Assembly: GCA_001793855.1 (NCBI GenBank)
Contig: MGIR01000002.1
Span: forward strand, 9,617-49,333
Direction: 5' to 3'
Length of the DNA stretch: 39,717 nucleotides
DNA from: Candidatus Wolfebacteria bacterium RIFCSPLOWO2_01_FULL_45_19
Lineage (GTDB): Bacteria; Patescibacteriota; Minisyncoccia; UBA6257; GWB1-45-9
The notes beneath the pieces were generated by a model. That model worked only from the letters and a program-made list of their open reading frames with translations, was not told the DNA's origin and did no database searches. The first letter of the stretch is position 1. Each line of letters begins with the position of its first letter. Made by a program: the position numbers and the translations under genes. Positions 10,214 to 19,081 of this stretch are shown piece after piece.

Positions 10214-10241
10214 CCGCCGGAGAATTCTCCGGCGGTTTTTT
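10214..10241 (+). terminator. Intrinsic terminator after the islet
   Basis: CCGCCGGAGAATTCTCCGGCGG palindrome followed by TTTTTT. Confidence 0.8.
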
Positions 10242-10280
10242 ATTCTAGATTCTAGATTCTAAATTCTATATACTATGCGT

Positions 10281-10505
10281 ATGGCCGGTCATTCAAAATG
10301 GAAACAAATAAAACATAAAAAGGGCGCGACAGACCAAAAACGCGGACAGCTTTTTGGAAAACTTTTGAACGCGGTAACTGTCTCGGCTAAACAAGATTCA
10401 AATCCTGAATATAATCCCGGATTAAGAGCGGCTATAGACAAAGCGCGGCAAAATAGAATTCCGCAAGAAAAAATTGACCGCGCCATTCAGCGCGCCAATA
10501 TATGA
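10281..10505 (+). CDS. yebC: YebC/PmpR family protein, N-terminal domain only (74 aa)
   Basis: MAGHSKWKQIKHKKG...NPGLRAAIDKAR...IDRAI; stops with ATGA overlap into ruvC. Confidence 0.85.
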   Translation: MAGHSKWKQIKHKKGATDQKRGQLFGKLLNAVTVSAKQDSNPEYNPGLRAAIDKARQNRIPQEKIDRAIQRANI

Positions 10506-10996
10506 TTATATTGGGCATTGATCCGGGCAGTAGCCGAATCGGCTACGGCGTTATAGAAAAAAAACCGGGGAATATCCGGCTTATCAAGGCTGGGGTTATT
10601 GAAATAAAAACAAAGAAAACTTCTCTGAAATACGCGACTCTTGCCTCGGAGTTGGAAAATCTACTGAAAAAATGTAGACCGGATATCGCGGCCATAGAAA
10701 AATTATATTTTTCCAAGAATCAAAAGACGGCGATGGAGGTAGCCGGAGCAATCGGAGTTATAATGTACGTAATTTCAAAATCGGGCGTGCCCCTGCGCGA
10801 GTACGCCCCACAACAGATAAAAAAGGCCATAACCGGCTTTGGTTCCGCGGACAAGGCGACCGTTGCAAAAATGAGCTGCGCGCTGTTAAATATTAAAGAC
10901 ATTCCGGGACCGGACGACGTTAGCGACGCGGTCGCCATAGCCATAACGGCGGCTCACCATAACCAGACCTTGACCCCGCCCCTGAAAAGCACTTAA
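10502..10996 (+). CDS. ruvC: Crossover junction endodeoxyribonuclease RuvC
   Basis: ILGIDPG, AIEKLYFSKN, IKKAITGFGSADK, PDDVSDAVAIA. Confidence 0.96.
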   Translation: MIILGIDPGSSRIGYGVIEKKPGNIRLIKAGVIEIKTKKTSLKYATLASELENLLKKCRPDIAAIEKLYFSKNQKTAMEVAGAIGVIMYVISKSGVPLREYAPQQIKKAITGFGSADKATVAKMSCALLNIKDIPGPDDVSDAVAIAITAAHHNQTLTPPLKST

Positions 10997-11065
10997 AATC
11001 TTTAGACGCTTTGTGTCGGTGCTTTTCAAGGGCGGGGTTGACACACGCCTAACATTGTCTATACT
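10970..11065 (+). promoter_or_regulatory. Inverted repeat whose right arm ends in a -35 box
   Basis: Arms 10970-10992 / 11019-11041 (CCCCGCCCCTGAAAAGCAC...GTGCTTTTCAAGGGCGGGG); TTGACA 11038-11043, 16 nt, TATACT 11060-11065. Confidence 0.65.
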
Positions 11066-11109
11066 TTTTTTAAAAACTGAAAAGGTCGTTTAGATAAACT
11101 TTATAAATT

Positions 11110-11217
11110 ATGAAGTTATTCAGGTATATGACCGAAGAAGACGACGTTGAAGGAATAGAGGTGGAGGAGAATTTAACGAAAGACGAAGAGGAAGAGGAAG
11201 AGGACGAACTTCTGTAG
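11110..11217 (+). CDS. Small very acidic peptide (35 aa; 29 aa from the second ATG)
   Basis: MKLFRYMTEEDDVEGIEVEENLTKDEEEEEEDELL*; own promoter upstream and terminator directly after the stop. Confidence 0.55.
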   Translation: MKLFRYMTEEDDVEGIEVEENLTKDEEEEEEDELL

Positions 11218-11221
11218 AATC

Positions 11222-11262
11222 AATCCCGCCCATGAATTTTTTTCATGGGCGGGGTTTTTATT
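11222..11262 (+). terminator. Intrinsic terminator
   Basis: AATCCCGCCCATGAA-TTTTT-TTCATGGGCGGGGTT followed by T tract. Confidence 0.8.
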
Positions 11263-11264
11263 TG

Positions 11265-11327
11265 GTCAACTCCCACACCTGCGCCATGGATGTGAGGGTT
11301 GACATCTAGATGTTTTTGAGTTAAAAT
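11265..11327 (+). promoter_or_regulatory. Imperfect palindrome fused to the PBP1A promoter
   Basis: GTCAACTCCCACACCT...GGATGTGAGGGTTGAC; TTGACA 11299-11304, 17 nt, TAAAAT 11322-11327; shares AACTCCCACACCT with the 9347 element. Confidence 0.7.
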
Positions 11328-11339
11328 TTTATTATAAAA

Positions 11340-13697
11340 ATGCGCAGATTTTTAGTTTTCTTTTTTACAATTTCACTTTTGGGATTAGCCGGCGCCGGAG
11401 CGGCTCTTTTGTTTACCGTGCGCGATCTTCCAGACCCATCCCAGTTGGGCGAAAAACAATTCGTTCAATCCACGAAAATATACGACCGTACGGAGGAAAT
11501 CCTCCTTTATGAAATACACGGCGATGAAAAGCGCACCGTCGTGCCTCATGAAGAAATCCCCGAATACGTACGATTGGCAACCCTCGCGATTGAAGATCAA
11601 AGTTTCTACAATCATCCCGCGTTTGATTGGAAAGGAATAGCGCGCGGAATTTGGGCCGGAATATCCAGAGGCAGATTCCAGGGCGGCTCGACCATAACCC
11701 AACAACTCGCGAGAAACAGCTTCTTAACTCCGGAGAGAACTATCAAGAGAAAAGTGCGCGAACTCATTCTCGCTTTGGAATTGGAACGGCAATATTCAAA
11801 AGACGAGATACTTTATCTTTATCTCAACCAAATTCCGTATGGAGGCAACGCTTATGGCGTAGAGGCGGCGAGTCAGCTTTATTTCGGAAAATCCGTGCGT
11901 GACGTCAATTTGGAGGAGGCGGCGATTTTAGCGAGCCTAGTGAAAGCGCCGACTTATTATTCACCGTGGGGAAGCCACACCGACGAATTAAATCAACGGC
12001 AGGAATACGTCCTAGCTCAAATGTTTAAATTGGACTTCATAGACGAAGAAGAATTTGAGCGGGCAAAAAACGCCGAGATCAAGTTCATGCCGCAAACAAT
12101 AGGCAAAATAAGGGCGCCGCATTTTGTCGTGTCAGTACAAAATTATCTGGTTCAAAAATATGGAGAAGAAACGATTGAAAAAGGTGGATTAAAAGTCATA
12201 ACTACGCTTGACTGGAAACTGCAGGAGCTCGCCGAAAAAGTCGTAGCCGAAGGCGCGGCAAGAAACGAAGAACTGTACGGCGGCAGAAACGCGGCTCTTT
12301 TAGCTCAAGACGCGGAAACCGGTCAAATTTTAGCCATGGTTGGTTCCCGCGACTATTTTGACATTCAAAATGACGGAAACTTCAACGTAGCCACGCAGGG
12401 ATTACGACAACCGGGCTCGGCTTTTAAGCCTTTTGTTTATTACGCGGCGCTCCAAAAAGGCTACACTCCCGACACAGTCATTTTCGACGTTCCAACTGAA
12501 TTTGACACTACAGGAAATCCGGCCCGCAGTTACCGCCCGGAAAATTTTGATGAAAAATTCCGCGGTCCGGTAACATTCCGTCAAGCCCTGTCCCAGTCCT
12601 TAAACTTGCCTGCGGTAAAAGTTTTATATCTTGCTGGCCTGGATAATGCGTTGAATGTCGCGAAAGACTTTGGAATTTCAACGCTGACCGAGCGCGGCCG
12701 ATACGGTTTATCGTTGGTTTTGGGCGGAGGAGAAGTAAAGCTAAGCGAACTTGTAAACGCATACAGTGTTCTTGCTCGGGACGGCATTAAACATGAACAA
12801 ACGACGGTTTTAAAAGTCGAAGAATCGGATGGGCGTATTTTGGAAGAATACAAAAATAATGAAATCCAAGTCGCAGATCCACAAATAATAAAGCAAATAA
12901 ACGATATCTTAAGCGATGAAAACGCGCGCCGTCCTCTTTTTCAAAACAGTTTTTCGCAAACCATCGTAAGCGGTCACCAAATCGCGCTTAAAACCGGAAC
13001 CACCAACGATTATCACGATGCGTGGACAATCGGCTATACTCCGTCGCTTGTTGTCGGAGTATGGGCCGGAAACAACAATAACCAGCCAATGCACAGCCGC
13101 GGCGGAAGTATTTTGGCCGCCGTCCCTATATGGCACACTTTTATATCCAAAGCGCTCAAGGAAAAAGAGCTTAAAACTTTTGCGCGCCCGGAACCGGTTT
13201 CATCCCAAAAACCTGTACTAAACGGAAATTTCGCGCCGTCGGGAGTAGTACATTCTATTCTTTATTACGTGCAGAAAAACGATCCGACCGGGCCGCCACC
13301 ATCGAATCCTGCTACGGATCCGCAATTTAACAACTGGGAAAGCGCGGTGCTCGCCTGGGTTCAAATGAACGCTCCTAATATTTTGGCTTTTTCCCAACAA
13401 AATCCGCCGCAAAGACAAAGTAATCTTGACATTGAATTCCTTACTCCGCGAAACGGGGACTGGATAAACGAAAACGTATTTGTTTCCGTAAACATCCAAT
13501 CTTCTTCTCCGGTTACAAAAATAGAATTGCGCCTCAACGGACGCCTAATGGATAGCAAGATAGGCAGTTTTAGCAGCAACATAAGATACGATATGCGGCT
13601 TTCGGCCTCTGTCCTACTTACTCAGAACGAACTCTCTATTACAGCGACAAACGCCGAAGAAGTTACAAAAGAGAAAAATATAATACTCTACAACTAA
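11340..13697 (+). CDS. Class A penicillin-binding protein (PBP1A family) with C-terminal Ig-like extension
   Basis: N-terminal TM; GT motifs EDQSFYNH, GGSTITQQL, RKVRE, YLNQIPYG; TP motifs SAFK, SLN, KTGT. Confidence 0.95.
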   Translation: MRRFLVFFFTISLLGLAGAGAALLFTVRDLPDPSQLGEKQFVQSTKIYDRTEEILLYEIHGDEKRTVVPHEEIPEYVRLATLAIEDQSFYNHPAFDWKGIARGIWAGISRGRFQGGSTITQQLARNSFLTPERTIKRKVRELILALELERQYSKDEILYLYLNQIPYGGNAYGVEAASQLYFGKSVRDVNLEEAAILASLVKAPTYYSPWGSHTDELNQRQEYVLAQMFKLDFIDEEEFERAKNAEIKFMPQTIGKIRAPHFVVSVQNYLVQKYGEETIEKGGLKVITTLDWKLQELAEKVVAEGAARNEELYGGRNAALLAQDAETGQILAMVGSRDYFDIQNDGNFNVATQGLRQPGSAFKPFVYYAALQKGYTPDTVIFDVPTEFDTTGNPARSYRPENFDEKFRGPVTFRQALSQSLNLPAVKVLYLAGLDNALNVAKDFGISTLTERGRYGLSLVLGGGEVKLSELVNAYSVLARDGIKHEQTTVLKVEESDGRILEEYKNNEIQVADPQIIKQINDILSDENARRPLFQNSFSQTIVSGHQIALKTGTTNDYHDAWTIGYTPSLVVGVWAGNNNNQPMHSRGGSILAAVPIWHTFISKALKEKELKTFARPEPVSSQKPVLNGNFAPSGVVHSILYYVQKNDPTGPPPSNPATDPQFNNWESAVLAWVQMNAPNILAFSQQNPPQRQSNLDIEFLTPRNGDWINENVFVSVNIQSSSPVTKIELRLNGRLMDSKIGSFSSNIRYDMRLSASVLLTQNELSITATNAEEVTKEKNIILYN

Positions 13698-13702
13698 AGG
13701 AT

Positions 13703-14815
13703 TTAAGCCGACTTTATCGGCATTATAACGTAAAAGTAAGAATTGTCTTCGGGATTTTTTAACATAGCGGGTTTGTTCTCGCCGTTTATGCCAAAAAACA
13801 CGTCTTCAGAAGACATGGCCTTTATCCCATCCATCAAAAATCTCCAATTAAATCCGACTTCGGCTACTTCGCCTTTTATTTTGGCCGGAATTATATATGT
13901 GTTTTCTCCAAGAGCGCTGTCTGCCGAATAAACTTCAACGGCCTTTTTGCCGTCCTCTATTCTAAAGCGCAAGTTGCTGATTTTCGTGGTAAAGGCACTC
14001 GAAAGTTTTATGGCGTTCACAAAATTATCTTTTTGAAGCAAAATTTCCGTTCCGAATTTTTTAGGAATAATCTGTTCGTAATCCGGAAAACTTCCTTCCG
14101 TAAGGCGCGAAATAAGCTCAAAGTCATCTGTTTTTAAAACCATCTGGTTGCTGTCAAAACATAATTTTGCCGAAGTTCCGTCTTTTAGAATTCTCAGTAT
14201 TTCCTGTCCGGTTTTAATCGGTATTATAACCTTAAAACCCGACTCGTAATTCGTTTTAAATTGCTGTTTGGATATTGAAACCTCGGCAAGACGAAAACTG
14301 TCCGTAGCGGCCAATTTAATCGCGTTAATTTGAAAATCAAAAAGCACCCCGTTTAACTCCGGCCTGAAATCCGAAGTTTGAGCGGCATGAATAACTTTTG
14401 AAAGAGAATCTTTAAAAATTTCGGATTGAATTTCAACGTAAAAATTTTTATTTTCAATTGACGGAATAATCGGGAAATCCGACGGTTCCATTCCCTGGAT
14501 AACCGCCGAGTAATTATCCGTTTTAATTATTAAATTTTTATTTTTTTTCTCCAGATTAACGCGGTCAGAATCCAAATTATTGATGATTGATGAAAAGACG
14601 CCGAACGGTATTGCCAATTCTCCTTCTTCAATTATTTTCCCCGCGACTTTGGAAGTTACCGCCAATTCAAGATTTGTCCCCAACAAACAAATTTTATTAT
14701 TATTATTTTTAACAAGAACGGTTTTAAGAATGGGCAAACTTGAGTTTTCGGATATGGATCTGGAAATTGTTTCTAATCCTATTTTTAAATTATTTTTAAG
14801 TAATATAACTTTCAT
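13703..14815 (-). CDS. dnaN: DNA polymerase III beta clamp
   Basis: SLPIL, GTNLE, RPELNGV, ATDSFRLA, SRLTEGSFPDY, YVIMPI. Confidence 0.97.
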   Translation of the reverse strand: MKVILLKNNLKIGLETISRSISENSSLPILKTVLVKNNNNKICLLGTNLELAVTSKVAGKIIEEGELAIPFGVFSSIINNLDSDRVNLEKKNKNLIIKTDNYSAVIQGMEPSDFPIIPSIENKNFYVEIQSEIFKDSLSKVIHAAQTSDFRPELNGVLFDFQINAIKLAATDSFRLAEVSISKQQFKTNYESGFKVIIPIKTGQEILRILKDGTSAKLCFDSNQMVLKTDDFELISRLTEGSFPDYEQIIPKKFGTEILLQKDNFVNAIKLSSAFTTKISNLRFRIEDGKKAVEVYSADSALGENTYIIPAKIKGEVAEVGFNWRFLMDGIKAMSSEDVFFGINGENKPAMLKNPEDNSYFYVIMPIKSA

Positions 14816-14977
14816 TTATATATATTTATAGTAGTTGTTATACATGTTAATTTGTGGATTTCGTCGTAGAAGCTGATTAACACTGATTGGCGCCGATTAT
14901 TAACTGTTGAAAAGTTGTTATCATAGTCGTTACAATATTTGTAGTTTTTATAATCGTTACAATTTATCAACATTTTT
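14816..14977. other. Probable replication origin oriC (dnaA-dnaN intergenic)
   Basis: AT-rich; degenerate DnaA boxes (TGTGGATTT 14853, TGTTGAAAA 14905, TTATCAACA 14964); minus strand AAATCCACA..TAACAACTACTATAAATATA resembles box plus DnaA-trio layout. Confidence 0.7.
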
Positions 14978-16351
14978 TCAACTGTTTTTATACATCGAAT
15001 CTTTTATATACAATATTTTTTGATTTAGCGATGGATTTTTTGTTATTTCTTTGGATATTTTTTCATAAGCGTGGATGACGGTAGTGTGGTCTCTGTTGCC
15101 GAGTTTTTCTCCTATATGTGGGTAAGAAAGTTTCATTTCTTCGCGCAAAAGATACATTGCTATTTGGCGTGGTTCCACTATTTCCCTCTTGCGGCATCTT
15201 CCGATAAAATCGTTGGACGGAACATTAAAATAGTCCGCCACTGCTTTCAAGACGTCATTAATCGTTACGTTTTTGGCCGGCTGATTGAAGTCGTTTTCTA
15301 TTATTTTTTCGACAAAAACCGGGGTAATATCAGATTTTTTCCGGTCAAGGTGGAATAGTATTTTATTTAAAACGCCCTCAAGTTCGCGTATATTTCGCTG
15401 GACTTTTTTAGCTATGACTGAAAGAATTTCCTCGTCAAGTTCGCGATTTTGCTCATCGAGCTTTGTTTTTAAAATCGCTAGGCGTGTTTCATAATCCGGA
15501 AAACCGATATCTGCTATCATTCCGGACGCGAAACGAGAACGCAAGCGTTCTTCAAGCGTTGGGATTGAACGAGGCGGCCGGTCGGACGATATGATTATTT
15601 GTTTTTTGCTTTCATACAAGACGTTGAAAGTATGAAAAAATTCCTCCTCTGTTTTTTCTTTACCTCCTATAAATTGGATGTCGTCGATTATCAGTACGTC
15701 TGTGTCGCGATATTTTTGCTTTATGTCATCCATGCGCTTGTTTCTTATCGCCCACACAACCTCATTTGTGAATTTTTCGGAAGTAACGTATTTTATTTTT
15801 AACTTTTCTTTATGCGTTTTTTTAATTTCGTTTCCTATCGCTTGTATAAGATGTGTTTTACCAAGACCAACTCCGCCGTAGATGAAGAGTGGATTATATT
15901 TCGTTCCAACTTCTTTTATTACAGCGTAAGCCGCGGCGCAAGCCAGTTCGTTTGATGTTCCGACCACGAATGATTCAAAAGTGTAGCGCGGGCTGAGATT
16001 TGTTTCTGGATCAAGACGAAATTCAGGAATGATGTTTTGCATTTCTATGTTTTGAATCTCGTCGGCCGCCTTTTGTTCTTTAATCAAAGACGGATGAACT
16101 TCGTATTGGACATTTTTCGTTTCGTTGTCCAAGTTTCTAAGCGCGGCGAGTATAATTTTGTGATATTTTGTTTTGACCCACTCTTTCGCAAAGTTGTTTG
16201 GTAGCGCTACGGTCGCGGTCCCGTCTTTTTTATCAGCCAGTCGGCTGTTTTTAAGCCAAGTTGCGAAGTTGGGTCGAGAAATTTGTAACTCTATTTCCGC
16301 AAGCGCTGTCTCCCAAGCGCGATTTAAGTCCATTAAGTCCATGTGTTTCAT
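14978..16351 (-). CDS. dnaA: Chromosomal replication initiator DnaA
   Basis: YNPLFIYGGVGLGKTHL, IDDIQF, EEFFHTFN, RLRSRF, NIRELEG, RDHTTVIHA; true start may be 16342. Confidence 0.98.
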   Translation of the reverse strand: MKHMDLMDLNRAWETALAEIELQISRPNFATWLKNSRLADKKDGTATVALPNNFAKEWVKTKYHKIILAALRNLDNETKNVQYEVHPSLIKEQKAADEIQNIEMQNIIPEFRLDPETNLSPRYTFESFVVGTSNELACAAAYAVIKEVGTKYNPLFIYGGVGLGKTHLIQAIGNEIKKTHKEKLKIKYVTSEKFTNEVVWAIRNKRMDDIKQKYRDTDVLIIDDIQFIGGKEKTEEEFFHTFNVLYESKKQIIISSDRPPRSIPTLEERLRSRFASGMIADIGFPDYETRLAILKTKLDEQNRELDEEILSVIAKKVQRNIRELEGVLNKILFHLDRKKSDITPVFVEKIIENDFNQPAKNVTINDVLKAVADYFNVPSNDFIGRCRKREIVEPRQIAMYLLREEMKLSYPHIGEKLGNRDHTTVIHAYEKISKEITKNPSLNQKILYIKDSMYKNS

Positions 16352-16407
16352 TTTATATTAATCGTCAACGGGATCAAAACGATTTTCTTAATAATATGTT
16401 AACTACC

Positions 16408-16416
16408 TGTGGAAAA
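16408..16416. promoter_or_regulatory. DnaA box in the dnaA-rpmH promoter region
   Basis: TGTGGAAAA = TTTTCCACA, matches TTWTNCACA. Confidence 0.7.
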
Positions 16417-16465
16417 CTTCGCAATGCCTTTACAAAGCTACTAAAATCCTGTTAAAGTATATGTC

Positions 16466-16600
16466 ATGTCGGTAACATATCAGCCAAAAAAGAGAAAAAG
16501 GGCGAGAGTACATGGATTCTTGAAGCGAAAAAGAAGCGTCGGAGGACGCAGGGTTTTAGCGCGACGTCATAAAAAGGGCCGAAAACGTCTAACGGTATAA
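16466..16600 (+). CDS. rpmH: 50S ribosomal protein L34 (not in ORF track)
   Basis: Translated by hand: [44 protein letters not shown]. Confidence 0.97.
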   Translation: MSVTYQPKKRKRARVHGFLKRKRSVGGRRVLARRHKKGRKRLTV

Positions 16601-16932
16601 TGTTAGCCAAGAAATACCGCCTTCCAGTTCATAAAATTTTTAAAATTCGAGGACGAACTTCTGGCAACAACTATTTTTCGGTTAAAATAACCGGCAACAC
16701 TCTGGGTTTCAATCGTTTTGGGGCAGTGATTGGCGCGAAAGTGAGCAAAAAAGCCGTTGTCAGAAATAAATTACGTAGATTGATATTCAATACAGTTCGG
16801 CAAAATTATAAAAATATGGAATCACCCTCAGGACTGGACGTATTGATTATAATGAAACCGGCAGCGGTTAATTTGTCGGAGCAAGAAATAAAAAATCTAA
16901 TTATCGGAGCATTACAAAGATATGTTCAATGA
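16600..16932 (+). CDS. rnpA: RNase P protein component
   Basis: [30 protein letters not shown]; position after rpmH. Confidence 0.95.
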   Translation: MLAKKYRLPVHKIFKIRGRTSGNNYFSVKITGNTLGFNRFGAVIGAKVSKKAVVRNKLRRLIFNTVRQNYKNMESPSGLDVLIIMKPAAVNLSEQEIKNLIIGALQRYVQ

Positions 16933-17623
16933 AATCTTATATCGCCCCATATTCAACGCACTGGTTTTGTTGTATGAATACGCGTCTTGGCAAGATCTTG
17001 GAATCGCTATAATTCTTCTTACGATAATTATAAGAATTATTTTATTCCCGTTATTTCACGTGGCTATGCGCCAGCAATATGCGATGCAGCGCTTACAGCC
17101 GCATGTTAAGAAAATACAAAACGACCACAAGGACAGCCGCGAAAAACAAGCGCAAGCGTTAATGGCGCTTTATAAACAGCACGGCGTCAATCCATTTTCC
17201 GGTATATTGCTTATGCTCGCTCAGCTTCCTATTTTTCTCGCTTTATTTTGGGTTTTTCGCGACGGTATTACTATCGAAAGCCTGGGACAGCTTTACTCTT
17301 TTGTTTCTCCGCCGGAGGAGATAACCCACTCTTTTTTCGGTTTGATTGATTTGCAGGGACGCAGTATCATCCTCGTAGGAGTCGCGGCAATAGCGCAATA
17401 TTTTCAAGGGAGATTGACATTAACGCCGCAATCTGAGAGAATTGCGAAGCAAATGGTTATGCTGGGTCCTGCTCTGACAGTGGCGATAATGTCTTTTTTG
17501 CCGGCGGCGATAGCGCTGTATTGGCTGGCAAGCTCCACGTTTTCAATATTCCAGCAAGTTATAATTATGAAATCTATCAAAAATGACGAACAACAGCCAC
17601 CAGCCAATTCAAAAACTGCTTGA
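16922..17623 (+). CDS. yidC: Membrane protein insertase YidC/Oxa1 (short form)
   Basis: GIAIILLTIIIRIILFPL, LQP, LYKQHGVNPF, QLPIF, LYW...FSIFQQ. Confidence 0.95.
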   Translation: MFNEILYRPIFNALVLLYEYASWQDLGIAIILLTIIIRIILFPLFHVAMRQQYAMQRLQPHVKKIQNDHKDSREKQAQALMALYKQHGVNPFSGILLMLAQLPIFLALFWVFRDGITIESLGQLYSFVSPPEEITHSFFGLIDLQGRSIILVGVAAIAQYFQGRLTLTPQSERIAKQMVMLGPALTVAIMSFLPAAIALYWLASSTFSIFQQVIIMKSIKNDEQQPPANSKTA

Positions 17624-18005
17624 GCTTATTGGGTTTGAGAATTTTAACATTGAAGCAAATGACGAGGGAAAAATTTCGATAAGCATTTATGACGACGCCA
17701 TAAAAAACGCGGCGAGATTTTTGCCCGATTTGGAAACGGCGGCTCGTTTAGTGGCCAAAAAAAATAATCTGTTCATTGCCGGAGTTGACATTAATAATTA
17801 CAGAAAAGAGCGCGAGCGGCTTATTGTTGAGCTGGCGAAAGCCTCGGCGCGAAAAGCAATTGTGGAAAAACAGCCGGTAGAACTGCCTCCGATGAACGCT
17901 TACGAAAGGCGGTTAGTGCACGTTGAGCTTGCCAGTCGTCCGGATGTCAAAACGGAAAGCGTTGGCGAAGGCGCAACCCGCCGCGTTTCCATCCAGCTAC
18001 TCTAA
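17583..18005 (+). CDS. Jag/KhpB-like R3H RNA-binding protein
   Basis: DINNY, LPPMNAYERRLVH, TESVGEG..RRV; position after yidC. Confidence 0.88.
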   Translation: MTNNSHQPIQKLLELIGFENFNIEANDEGKISISIYDDAIKNAARFLPDLETAARLVAKKNNLFIAGVDINNYRKERERLIVELAKASARKAIVEKQPVELPPMNAYERRLVHVELASRPDVKTESVGEGATRRVSIQLL

Positions 18006-19079
18006 GTCGGCGGATTCTAAATCAATTGAATAAACGTAGTTGTCGTAGCGGTTTATAAAGAAAAGTTTGTCGCCGATTATTTTTAAGTTAATCGCATCAA
18101 TTGCGGAATCTTGCGACAGACGAAAAATTGTCCTGATAGATTTTTTGTCCAAAGCGTATTCATAAATTACATCATCCGAATAGAATTTCTTTTTAAGATA
18201 ATCGTCGGGTAAAAGGATTTTATCGGTAATATTCACTGGAGCGGCGCAATATAAATTTGTGTCGCCGATCGTGCATTTTTCCGGAAGCGTTATAAACGGG
18301 AGACGTATTGTCGGCAGGTCTTTGTCGGTGGTTTTTAATTCAATCAACGGGAATCCGTCCACTACCGAAAACATAATTCCCTTGTTTTGATGCTGTTTGA
18401 GTATCAGTCCCTTAGCCTCGGCCGCAAGTTGAATTGTTTTATTCTTGACGTCAATAACCCAAATTGAGCCGGTCAAAAGAGCCGATGGTTTTTCGGTAAT
18501 TAAAATTTTGTTTTCGTAAATCCATTCCAGTCCGACGTCAACAAGGCTTATGTCCATTATCTTGTTTCCTTTGTTGCCGTTCGCGCCGCTCGTAAAAATT
18601 GATGTAACGCCGTTAATGCTTTCAATTGAGGCAAGGCGCAAGCCGTCGGGAGACCACGCGATCGCGCGCGTTTCCGGACCAAGCGGTCGCCACTCGGTTG
18701 TGCTGGCGTTAAATACGCTGAATTGCGGATTGTGCGGATTGCCGAAAGCGACAACCGCTTCTATTCCGCTTTGCGACGGCAGAACCGAAAGAATAGGTGC
18801 CGCGTTTACGCGCCCGACAACTTCTTCTTCGGACTCGCCAACTTTTATAATGTTCCCTTCAAAATCAATATAGTATCCAAGCCAATAATTTATTGCAGGA
18901 TTTTGAAAAACTTGGCGGAGAACTGTTGGCGATTCATCTGTCACGCCCACCGGCGATTCTTCTGAAACAAAAAGTAATTCTCTTACAAATCCCCAGCCGT
19001 AATAAGCGAGTCCGGCAATAACTGCTATGCCGATTATTATTAGTATAATTGTTATCGTTATTTTCATAGTTTTCGGCAT
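17997..19079 (-). CDS. Membrane-anchored extracellular protein, likely beta-propeller
   Basis: N-terminal TM, AWSPDG repeat-like motif, KC...YCA.P...PDDY; last gene of the T4SS-like cluster. Confidence 0.75.
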   Translation of the reverse strand: MPKTMKITITIILIIIGIAVIAGLAYYGWGFVRELLFVSEESPVGVTDESPTVLRQVFQNPAINYWLGYYIDFEGNIIKVGESEEEVVGRVNAAPILSVLPSQSGIEAVVAFGNPHNPQFSVFNASTTEWRPLGPETRAIAWSPDGLRLASIESINGVTSIFTSGANGNKGNKIMDISLVDVGLEWIYENKILITEKPSALLTGSIWVIDVKNKTIQLAAEAKGLILKQHQNKGIMFSVVDGFPLIELKTTDKDLPTIRLPFITLPEKCTIGDTNLYCAAPVNITDKILLPDDYLKKKFYSDDVIYEYALDKKSIRTIFRLSQDSAIDAINLKIIGDKLFFINRYDNYVYSIDLESADLE

Positions 19080-19081
19080 CC

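Noticed and set aside
10997-11339. Expected ruvA after ruvC
   Set aside because: No RuvA-like ORF or remnant seen; it may simply lie elsewhere in the genome.
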